Shown here: one piece after another, positions 42,905 to 51,076 of the stretch
Position numbering within the stretch: position 1 is the first letter of the stretch
How the letters are laid out: each line of letters opens with the position of its first letter
Source of the DNA: a virus
Strand: one strand, 5' to 3'
Virus record (IMG/VR): IMGVR_UViG_3300036832_001166
Location: 1 to 64,000 of that record
DNA: 64,000 bases
Program-made: the position numbers and the translations under genes
Notes under the pieces: model-generated
Seen by the model: only the letters and a program-made list of their open reading frames with translations
Databases searched by the model: none
What the model was told of the DNA's origin: nothing

Positions 42905-45900
42905 TGGCTCGGCTGCTGACGTGCGGGTTTGAGGGCGGCAGCCTCGCCGCCGACGAGAACCTCAGCGGCTTCTTTGACTCCGGCCTGGGCGGCACCACCT
43001 ACGCCTACTCGACGACCACCGTGCGCTCGGGCGCGCGCTCGTTGCAGCTTGGTGGCGGTGGCTCGCAGAACCTGGGCCTCAGCGCTGGGTCGGTCCTCAC
43101 GAACACGTACTACCAGCGGCTCGCGATCTACCCCACGACGCGCGACGCGAGCGACTGGTATGTGATCCAGATCGCCGATGGCAGCACCGGGCTGCAGTTC
43201 ACGGTCAAGCCCACCGGCGCGATGGAGGTCGAGAACTACAGCTCGAACGCGGCGGTCCTCACCGGCGTGGGCACGCTGGCGCTCAACACATGGACGGTGA
43301 TCGAGTGCAGCTACGTGCCCGCCACGGGTGCGACGGTAGTACGCGTCAACGGGACGCAGGTGGTCTCGGGCACGATCGAGACCACCACCAACGCTGTCTG
43401 CTACATCGCCAATATGTTCGGCTCGGGCGTCGCGTTCGTCGACGACTGGGCCATCAACGACAGCACCGGCGCGAGCAACAACTCGTGGCCCGGTCTGGGG
43501 CGGACCGGCCCGATTGCCGAGGTGAGCCTCGCCGCTGGCGGAGCACCGTCCGCTCGCACCGCTCACTCTCTCGTGTTCCGGGGCCGGACCCAGACGCCCG
43601 CCACCGTGACCCTTCAGCTCGCGTTGATGGAGGGCGCCACGAACCGGTCGGGCACGCTGACGAGCGCTCCGCTGACCACCACGGTCGCCCAGTACGTCGT
43701 CCCGATCCCCGATGCGGTCGCCGCGTCGATCGCCAGCTACAGCGATCTGTCGGTGCGGATGTGGGGCTCCTCGGACGCCCCTGTCGTCATCGAAGTCGAG
43801 CAGCTCTTCCTCCAGGCGCCGCCCGTCGGCGGTCCGCAGGCGCTGACCGCATCGGCGACCGCCGCGACAGCCGCTTCGGCGGCAGTCATCGCGCCTTCGA
43901 CCGCCTACCGCAACGCGATCCTGGCCGAGCCGGGGCTCGTGTCCTACTGGCGGCTCGGTGAGACGTCAGGGAACGTGCTCGACTCCAAGGACTCCAACCC
44001 GGGCACCACCGTCACAAGCATCACGCGCAACGTCCCCGGCCTGATCGTCAACAGCGGCGACGGGGCAGCGAGCACCGACGGGACGACCGGCCCGTACGTC
44101 CGGGTGCCGTACAGCGCGAACATGGACACGGGCGCGGAGCTGTCGGTCGAGTTCTGGATCAAGCCGACGGCGCTTGATGCGTCAAGCCTCATCTATCCCA
44201 TCGGCCGAGATAACCCCAGCACCACGATCTGGTTCGTCCGTTACTACGCCTCCGGTGACGGTCGCTGGGAGGTAGACGTTGTCGACGCGAATAGCGTGAC
44301 CACCGTCCTCACGTCGAAAACGGGCACCGAGGCGGCGGCGGCGGGCAAGCTGCAGCACATCGTCGCGACGTACAGCGCCACGGCCGGGCAACTCAGGCTC
44401 TTTATCAACGGCGTCTCGACCACCTCGACCCAGAACCGGACGCCCAACGCGAACGTCTTGGCGGCGTCGTCTGTCATCGACCTGTTCAGCGGCTGGAGCC
44501 ACACCTCGACGCCTTCGATGAACGGCGTCCTCGACGAAGTGGCGGTCTACAACGCTGCGCTGACGCCCAGCCAGATCGCGAACCACTACGTGCTCGGGAC
44601 CGGGATTCCGTACCTCGCGGCCAGCGCCTCGGGTGCCAGCCAGGCGACGGCGCTTGTCGCGGTGCTGGCCCCGGTGCTCGCAACGGCGACCAGCACGACG
44701 ATCGCCGCGGCCGCGCTCACGGCGGCGGCGCGGATCACCGCCGCTGCCGTCACGCCGTCGGCTGCCCTAGCGGTCATCAGCGCCCCGACGAGCCTCGCGG
44801 CGTCCGCGGCCACCCCGACCGCGGCCACGGCGGCTGTTCTGGCGCAGGGCCAGTTGTCCGCGTCGGCCAGCACCGCGACGAGCGCTCAGGCAGCCGTCAC
44901 GGCCGCCACCGTCGCTCCTGCCGCGTTGACCGCTACGGCCGCTGCCAGCTCCAGCGCGGTCGCGTCCGTGGCTGCGCTCGCCGTGCTCACGGCGACCGCT
45001 CAGGGAGCATCAGCGGCTGTCACTGCCGCCCGCGCAGCCTCGCAGCTCGCGTCGGTCGCGGCCGCGAGTACGGCGGCGCAGGCGCTCACGACCGCTTCGG
45101 CGAAGCTGACCACCAGCGCGCAGGCGACCGGAAGCGTCACCGCCACGATGCTGGTTCCGGGCGTCGCGCTCCTGACCGCTACCGCGCAGGCGGCGACGAG
45201 CGCGAGCGGCTTCACCACGGCGGCGGCGCAGCTCGGCGGCGCGGCCATCACCTACGACGCCGCGATCGCGCCCGACGGCCCGATTCACGCCTACCCGACA
45301 AACGAGAGCGGGGGGAGCGTATCCAGCGATTCGGTGGCGGGCGATAACGCCAGTTGGACGGGCACGTTCACGCTGGCGCAGGCCGGGCCGCCGGGGATAG
45401 GCAACGCCGCCGTCGCGGTCACCGGAGCGACTGCCCAGACATCGGTCGGCGAACTGTCTATCGACACGCTCTCGGAGGAGGTCTGGTTCAAGGTCGCCAA
45501 CGCGTACGCGGCCGGTGGCGGTCTCATCCAGTTCGCAGATGTCACCGGGACCACGGCATACGACCGCCAGGTGTGGATGGGCAATGACGGGAAGATCTAC
45601 TTCGGCTTCTGGCAGAGCGCCGGGGCGATCACCATCGGCTCGCCCGGCGCATATAACGACGGGCTCTGGCATCACGCGGTGGCGACGCACCTGTCGGGCG
45701 GCAACTGCAACCTGTATGTGGACGGCGTCCTGGTCGCTGGCCCAGCCGCCGCGACGGCCGCTGGAGCGGGCTACACCGGCTACTGGAAGTTCGCCAACGC
45801 CTATCTGCTGACGTGGGCGCCGCTGCCCACGAACGCGAGCATCACGGGTGCGGTCGCCAAGATGGCGATCTACAACAGCGCGCTCTCGGCCGCGCGGGTG

Positions 45901-48900
45901 GTCGCCCACTACAACGCGGGCGTCACCGCGGGCGTTGGCGGCATAGCGGTCCAGGCGACGACGAGCGCTCAAGCGACCGTCACGGCCGCCGCCGTCACTC
46001 CTGCCGCGATCACCGCCACTGCTGGCGCTGCTGCTGCTGCCAGCGCCACCACGACCGCACCCGCTCGGCCCACGGCGACCGCCCAGGCCCCGACGGCCGC
46101 AACGTTGACGGTCCTCACCGCTCAGGTCGTGTCCGCGACCGCGCAGGCGAGTGCCCAGGCGACGACGACGCTGACGGCGGCGGCGCGGATTACGGCGAGC
46201 GCGCAGGCCATTGCGGCGGCCGCCGCAAATACGACCGTCGCCGCAATCTTGACCGTTCCCGCCCAGACGGCGACCCAGGCGACGGCCTCCTCTACCGCTC
46301 AGGCAGCGCTGGCGGCTGCGGCTGCGGCCGCGACCGCTGCGAGCATCACGCTGACCGTCCCCGGCGTCGCGTTCCTGACGTCGACGGCGGCTGCCGCTAC
46401 AGCCGCAACGATGGTCGTCAGCGCTGCCGCTGGGCTGACCCCCACGGCCAGTACCGCCGCGCAGGCGGTCGCTCTCGTGACCGCGAGGGCCACTGTGGTC
46501 AACAACGCGGAGGGTGGCGGCGTTGGCGTGACCGTCACCATCGGCAACTCGGGGGGCGCATCCGGCAACGCACCCGACGTCGTCGACATCGGCACCGGCG
46601 CGGCGCTCACCTTCGACAACACGCATGTCGCTCACGGTCGCCTGGCGTACAAGTTCTCCACCGGGGCGACCGCCGCGCTCTCGCGACTCCAGTGGAACGT
46701 CTCTATGGGCCTTCAGGCGAAGGCGTGGTTCCGGACCTACGTCTGGGTGGATGCATGGCCAGCGGCAACGATTCGGCTGATCAACATGGATCAGGGCACC
46801 ACTGCCTGCTGTGTGGTGGTGCTCCTGAGCAGCGGCAAGATGCAGGTCAGGACCGGCAGCGCTGGCACCCAGACGATCACCACCACCAACACGGTGCCGA
46901 CCGGCGCCTGGTTCCGGATCGAGGGCTTCTGCATCGGAGATCCGGCCCTCGGTCAGGTCGAGCTGAAGCTGTTCACAGACCCGGACAGCCCGACGCCTCT
47001 GGAGACGCAGACCTCGGCCGCGAACGTCAACACGTTCGGGCTGATGGATCACTTCAACGTCGGGGTCTCGACCACCACGGCGAACGTTGCCGCGTACTGG
47101 GAAGACGACGTCGGCTTCTCCAACGTCGCCTATCTCGGCCCGCCGATGCAGGCCAGCGCGGGCGCGGCGACGGCCGCGGTGGCCGCGGTTAGCACCGGAG
47201 CGCCACTAGCCGCCAGCGCCGCGAACCAGGCTGCCGCCGTCACGACGGTCACGACAACGAGTCCGCTGACCGCGAGTGCGGCGGCTGTGAGCCAGGCGAT
47301 CGCGCTGCTCGCCAGCGGCGGCGCGCAGCTCGCGCCCGCGGCCAGCGCCACGACGGTCGCCGTCGCCGCGGTCACGGCGGCCGCGACATTACCGGCCGTC
47401 GCCTCGGCGGCCTCGGCGGCGATCGCCGCCGTCATCGCAGCGCCCAGCCTGGCCGTGAGCGCCCAGACCGTGACGGCCGCCAGCGGCTTCACAACGGCGC
47501 CGGTGTCGTTGAGCACTGCGGCTGCGCTGGCTGTCACGTCGCTGACATCGAGCAACGCCGCCGCCACGACCGTCGCCACGACTGCGAGCGTCTCGCCTAC
47601 CGCCAATAGCCTGCTCGTGCTCTGGATCGCGCACGCTGTTTCCGGCGGCACTACGGCCACTCCGTCGGGACTGGGATTGACCTGGACGCTCGCACAGCGG
47701 CTCGTTGTCGCGTCCTCGACGAAGATCGAGTGCTGGACGGCAGTGTGCGGTGCGTCCCCAGGATCGGGCGCAATCACAATCACGCTTGGTGCTGCCGCGA
47801 CCGTCTGCTGGGACGTTGATCAGGTCACGGGCGAAAACGTCTCCGCGCCGCTGGTGACCGCCAACACGAAGACCGCGAGCGGGACGGGCACCGCTGCGGC
47901 GCTGACCTACAACGCGCCGACGGCGACGGACGGGCTGCTGTACGGCTGCGGCGCCTCGGGCTTCGTCAGCCAGACGCCCAATACGGCGGCGGGCTGGACG
48001 GAGCTGGCCGACCGGTCACAGGCGACCCCGTCCATCTCACTGGAAACGCAGCTTTCCTTGCCTCCTGCAAGTACGGCCGGGGCCTCGACACTGAGCGCCA
48101 GCGTCAACTGGGGCGTAATCGGGATCGAGCTTGCGGCTGCGGTGGGGATCGGTCCTAGCGCCACGACCGCGACCAGCGCTACCGCGACCGTCACGACCGC
48201 GCTCGTGCCGCTGCTCGCTCCTGCCGCCGCCGCGGTCACGAGCGTTACGGCGAGCGTCACGGCCGCGGCTCCGATGCAGGCCAGCGCGAGCGCGGCCACC
48301 CAGGCGCAGACAGCCGCGACGGCTGCGACCCAGCTCATCGCAACGGCCCAGACGAGGACGCAGGCCACGGCCGGTCTCATCACCGGCGAGGCGCTCGTCG
48401 CGACCGCGCAGGCAGTTACGAGCTGCACCACTGGCATGCAGGTCCCGGGCGTCGCGTTCCTGACCGTGACGGCCGCGGGGGTGACCGCCGCCAGCGCTAC
48501 CGCAACCGCCGCAGCGCGGCTTGCTGCAGCAACGAGCAGCGCCACACAGGCTCTGGCCACGCTCAGCACGCCCGCCTTCCTGAGCCCGGCTGCGACCACA
48601 ACGAGCGCTGCCACGAGCGCTGTGAGCGCCGCTCCGGCCCTCGCTCCGGCCGCCCAAGCCCTAACCCAGGCCGCGGTGTCGGCCACGACCCCGATCCGGC
48701 TGAGCGTCTCGGCGAGCGCCGCGACCTTGGCCGTGGCGCTTCTCGGGGCCGGGACGGGCCTGGCGCCATCCGCGTCGACCGCGACACAGGCGATCGCCCT
48801 GGTCGCCTGTCCGAGTTCGCTGACGCTGAGCGCAACGGTGCGGTTCGCGGCCACCGCTAGCACGTCGGCAGCGTCGACGCTGCAGGCCGCCGCGACGAGC

Positions 48901-49236
48901 ACCACCACCACCGCCTGCACGCTCGGCTACCGGCCCTGGCTGAGCCCGGCGGCCGCTGCTGCCTCTAGCGCTGGGCTGATCGTGAGCGTGCGTGTCTCGC
49001 TTCGGGCGAACGCGACCAGCCAGACGCTGGCGCAGCTCGTCGTCACCGCGCCGCTGCTCGCGGCTCTGAAGCTGCCGTTCTACGCGGACGTCTTCTCGAA
49101 TCGCACGTTCGCCGATGTCGCGGATGTGAGGGCGTACGTCGACGTGGTCCAGCCGCGCGCCTACGCCGACGTTGCCGACCTGTTCACCTACGCCGACGTC
49201 GAGCGCGCCAGAACCCTGGTCGACGTCGAAAGCTAA
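42904..49236 (+). CDS. Giant (~2110 aa) Ala/Thr-rich protein with several LamG/ConA-like domains; putative fibre/adhesin
   Basis: LVSYWRLGE...SVEFWIK...HIVATY...RLFING...LDEVAVYN.AL and YPTNE...EVWFK...WHHAVAT...LYVDG...MAIYN.AL LamG patterns separated by A/T/S-rich spacers; TAATG coupling gives start 42904. Confidence 0.8.
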   Translation: MARLLTCGFEGGSLAADENLSGFFDSGLGGTTYAYSTTTVRSGARSLQLGGGGSQNLGLSAGSVLTNTYYQRLAIYPTTRDASDWYVIQIADGSTGLQFTVKPTGAMEVENYSSNAAVLTGVGTLALNTWTVIECSYVPATGATVVRVNGTQVVSGTIETTTNAVCYIANMFGSGVAFVDDWAINDSTGASNNSWPGLGRTGPIAEVSLAAGGAPSARTAHSLVFRGRTQTPATVTLQLALMEGATNRSGTLTSAPLTTTVAQYVVPIPDAVAASIASYSDLSVRMWGSSDAPVVIEVEQLFLQAPPVGGPQALTASATAATAASAAVIAPSTAYRNAILAEPGLVSYWRLGETSGNVLDSKDSNPGTTVTSITRNVPGLIVNSGDGAASTDGTTGPYVRVPYSANMDTGAELSVEFWIKPTALDASSLIYPIGRDNPSTTIWFVRYYASGDGRWEVDVVDANSVTTVLTSKTGTEAAAAGKLQHIVATYSATAGQLRLFINGVSTTSTQNRTPNANVLAASSVIDLFSGWSHTSTPSMNGVLDEVAVYNAALTPSQIANHYVLGTGIPYLAASASGASQATALVAVLAPVLATATSTTIAAAALTAAARITAAAVTPSAALAVISAPTSLAASAATPTAATAAVLAQGQLSASASTATSAQAAVTAATVAPAALTATAAASSSAVASVAALAVLTATAQGASAAVTAARAASQLASVAAASTAAQALTTASAKLTTSAQATGSVTATMLVPGVALLTATAQAATSASGFTTAAAQLGGAAITYDAAIAPDGPIHAYPTNESGGSVSSDSVAGDNASWTGTFTLAQAGPPGIGNAAVAVTGATAQTSVGELSIDTLSEEVWFKVANAYAAGGGLIQFADVTGTTAYDRQVWMGNDGKIYFGFWQSAGAITIGSPGAYNDGLWHHAVATHLSGGNCNLYVDGVLVAGPAAATAAGAGYTGYWKFANAYLLTWAPLPTNASITGAVAKMAIYNSALSAARVVAHYNAGVTAGVGGIAVQATTSAQATVTAAAVTPAAITATAGAAAAASATTTAPARPTATAQAPTAATLTVLTAQVVSATAQASAQATTTLTAAARITASAQAIAAAAANTTVAAILTVPAQTATQATASSTAQAALAAAAAAATAASITLTVPGVAFLTSTAAAATAATMVVSAAAGLTPTASTAAQAVALVTARATVVNNAEGGGVGVTVTIGNSGGASGNAPDVVDIGTGAALTFDNTHVAHGRLAYKFSTGATAALSRLQWNVSMGLQAKAWFRTYVWVDAWPAATIRLINMDQGTTACCVVVLLSSGKMQVRTGSAGTQTITTTNTVPTGAWFRIEGFCIGDPALGQVELKLFTDPDSPTPLETQTSAANVNTFGLMDHFNVGVSTTTANVAAYWEDDVGFSNVAYLGPPMQASAGAATAAVAAVSTGAPLAASAANQAAAVTTVTTTSPLTASAAAVSQAIALLASGGAQLAPAASATTVAVAAVTAAATLPAVASAASAAIAAVIAAPSLAVSAQTVTAASGFTTAPVSLSTAAALAVTSLTSSNAAATTVATTASVSPTANSLLVLWIAHAVSGGTTATPSGLGLTWTLAQRLVVASSTKIECWTAVCGASPGSGAITITLGAAATVCWDVDQVTGENVSAPLVTANTKTASGTGTAAALTYNAPTATDGLLYGCGASGFVSQTPNTAAGWTELADRSQATPSISLETQLSLPPASTAGASTLSASVNWGVIGIELAAAVGIGPSATTATSATATVTTALVPLLAPAAAAVTSVTASVTAAAPMQASASAATQAQTAATAATQLIATAQTRTQATAGLITGEALVATAQAVTSCTTGMQVPGVAFLTVTAAGVTAASATATAAARLAAATSSATQALATLSTPAFLSPAATTTSAATSAVSAAPALAPAAQALTQAAVSATTPIRLSVSASAATLAVALLGAGTGLAPSASTATQAIALVACPSSLTLSATVRFAATASTSAASTLQAAATSTTTTACTLGYRPWLSPAAAAASSAGLIVSVRVSLRANATSQTLAQLVVTAPLLAALKLPFYADVFSNRTFADVADVRAYVDVVQPRAYADVADLFTYADVERARTLVDVES

Positions 49237-49274
49237 CTGGGGCAGGGCCCGCTGCGGCTCGTACGATCCCGGTC

Positions 49275-49664
49275 ATGGTGCTGCTTCTCACCGGCCCGTG
49301 GAAGATCAAGCGCGGCGCGACGTCACCGCCGTACCGGGTGACGCTGCGCCAGGCGGACAAAAGCCCGGTCGACTTGAGTCAGGCCGACCACGTGAACTTC
49401 GTCATGTGCCTGCGCGGGGCGCCGGAGGAGCCGACCGTCGACGCGGAGGCGACCACGATCCAGCAGGGCGACGCGGATACCGGCACTGACGTTGGCGTGT
49501 GCGAGTACGACTGGACGGCGGGCGACACGGACATCATCGGGATCTACGACGTCGAGTTCGCGCTCTACGACGTCAACGGCAAGGTGTACGCCCGGATCCC
49601 GAACGACGGCTACCTGGAGCTGCAGATCCTCGGAAACCTCTCCGCGCCACCGCCCGGTCCCTGA
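49275..49664 (+). CDS. BppU N-terminal-like (baseplate upper) protein
   Basis: IKRG.T.P...TL...PVDLS.A..V.F.M...G.CEY.W..GDT...G.Y..EF...P.DGY. Confidence 0.7.
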   Translation: MVLLLTGPWKIKRGATSPPYRVTLRQADKSPVDLSQADHVNFVMCLRGAPEEPTVDAEATTIQQGDADTGTDVGVCEYDWTAGDTDIIGIYDVEFALYDVNGKVYARIPNDGYLELQILGNLSAPPPGP

Positions 49665-49668
49665 CGCG

Positions 49669-49691
49669 AAGCGCACATCTTGTGCTATGAT
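49669..49691 (+). promoter_or_regulatory. Operator copy plus -10 box
   Basis: AAGCGCACATCTTGTGCTA with -10 TATGAT. Confidence 0.7.
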
Positions 49692-49740
49692 GTAGGTGCG
49701 GCCCGAGAGAGGCCGCTCCCCCCGACCGAGGAGGCACGAG

Positions 49741-49887
49741 ATGGTGAAGGTGAAGGTCACGTTCGCCAGCGGCGTTGTCCGGTCCGGCAAAGGCAAGACC
49801 GCTGAGGCGGCTGTCGCCAGGCTGAAGAAGTACGCGGGCTCGCTGGGTGCCGTCACCGCGGTCGACGTGAAAGGAGCAGCAGCATGA
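49741..49887 (+). CDS. Small basic hypothetical protein
   Basis: CCCGACCGAGGAGG RBS; ATG 49741. Confidence 0.55.
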   Translation: MVKVKVTFASGVVRSGKGKTAEAAVARLKKYAGSLGAVTAVDVKGAAA

Positions 49888-50021
49888 ACGCGATGACCAT
49901 CCGCTCGGACGCCTACACCGACGGCATCGACACCTGGTCGGTGTGGCAGGGCAGGCGCCGCGTGGCGTCCTACTTCACCAGCCGCGAGGCAGCCCGGGCC
50001 TGGATCGAGGCGCGGGCATGA
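49884..50021 (+). CDS. Small hypothetical protein
   Basis: 45 aa read by hand; AAAGGAG RBS. Confidence 0.5.
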   Translation: MNAMTIRSDAYTDGIDTWSVWQGRRRVASYFTSREAARAWIEARA

Positions 50022-50248
50022 CCGCCGAAACGGAGCGCTGCGGATGGCTGATCCAGGTTCCCAGCGGTAACCCAGAGCCGGACTTCCCCGAGGATCTCTG
50101 GCGGGTCGTTGAGTGCGGCGCTGAGCTGACCGTCAACGAGTACGGGTCCTGGCGCTGCACCGCCGGTCACGAGTACGTGACCTACGACGACCCCGCTCGC
50201 CGCGCCTGGGACGTCGAGCAAGCGTTCATCGAACGACAGGAAGGATGA
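50018..50248 (+). CDS. Zn-ribbon hypothetical protein
   Basis: ERCGW...ECGA...WRCTAGH. Confidence 0.55.
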   Translation: MTAETERCGWLIQVPSGNPEPDFPEDLWRVVECGAELTVNEYGSWRCTAGHEYVTYDDPARRAWDVEQAFIERQEG

Positions 50249-50622
50249 CCGAGATGGACCGACCGACATTCCGAGAGGCCCAGCGTCGGCAGAGCATCTT
50301 CGACTGGGACGAGCTGGCGCGCGAGACACTCCGCACGCCGCTGGGCTGCGAGGCCTGGAGCGGCTACTCGTACGTCGAGATGCTCGACGGCGAGCCCGAC
50401 TGGGAAGAGACCTACATCGACATGATGTGGGCCGACGCCGAGCAGCGCCGCTGGGCCGAGCAGTACACGACGGATCGCGACGCGTACTTCGCGCCCGGGC
50501 CCGACGGCTACAGCCAGCACGACCTGCGCATGGAGGCCGAGTCGATCCGCGAGGAGGAGCGCCGGATGCGCGAGGATCACGAGCGCGACATCGTCCGCGG
50601 GCTGGGGGGGCGGTGGTGGTGA
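50245..50622 (+). CDS. Acidic hypothetical protein
   Basis: ATGA overlap. Confidence 0.55.
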   Translation: MTEMDRPTFREAQRRQSIFDWDELARETLRTPLGCEAWSGYSYVEMLDGEPDWEETYIDMMWADAEQRRWAEQYTTDRDAYFAPGPDGYSQHDLRMEAESIREEERRMREDHERDIVRGLGGRWW

Positions 50623-50990
50623 GCGGAGTACGAGCCAGCATCTACCGCAAGGACTGGCAGGACTTCGCCAACGGCGGGCTCTCCAGCTACGTCCGCGAGG
50701 TCACGATCACCGACACCGGCCCGCACCTCGGCGGCTTCCCGCCCGAGGTGGCCGAGTATGAGCCGACCGAGACGGCCCCGGCCGTGCGGCTCGTGGCCCG
50801 CTGGCTCAACGGGCACCGCTACGTTCACGCCGAGCCGGTCGACAAGCCCGAAGGCATGGTCGGGCCGATGTTCGGCGGCACCTACATCGCGATGCACGAC
50901 CTCAGCGCCGAGCAGTGCATCGACTTTCAGGGAGCGATCCCGCTGCACGACCGCTACGAGACGGTCGAGCAGTACGCGAGCTACGACTAG
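50619..50990 (+). CDS. Phage hypothetical protein (MFGG.YI...IPLHDR.E)
   Basis: Recognisable MFGG/PLHDR pattern; GTGA overlap. Confidence 0.65.
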   Translation: MSGVRASIYRKDWQDFANGGLSSYVREVTITDTGPHLGGFPPEVAEYEPTETAPAVRLVARWLNGHRYVHAEPVDKPEGMVGPMFGGTYIAMHDLSAEQCIDFQGAIPLHDRYETVEQYASYD

Positions 50991-51031
50991 GTGAAGATGG
51001 CCGCCCCCGAGCGGCCACGCCCGGCAGAATC

Positions 51032-51068
51032 CATCTGGGGGAGCGCCCAAAGGCGGCCGTAGTATCGG
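51032..51068 (+). promoter_or_regulatory. Putative late promoter CATCTG-N22-TAGTATCGG
   Basis: Same motif and spacing at 56964-57000. Confidence 0.5.
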
Positions 51069-51076
51069 GGCTCAGC

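Noticed and set aside
12682-49691. Repeated palindromes as a CRISPR array or insertion-sequence ends
   Set aside because: The copies are dispersed kilobases apart and fused to -10 boxes, with no regular spacers, cas genes, transposase or target duplications.
50915-51076. N-terminal extension of the prohead protease
   Set aside because: It overlaps the upstream gene and the putative late promoter; ATG 51077 is preferred.
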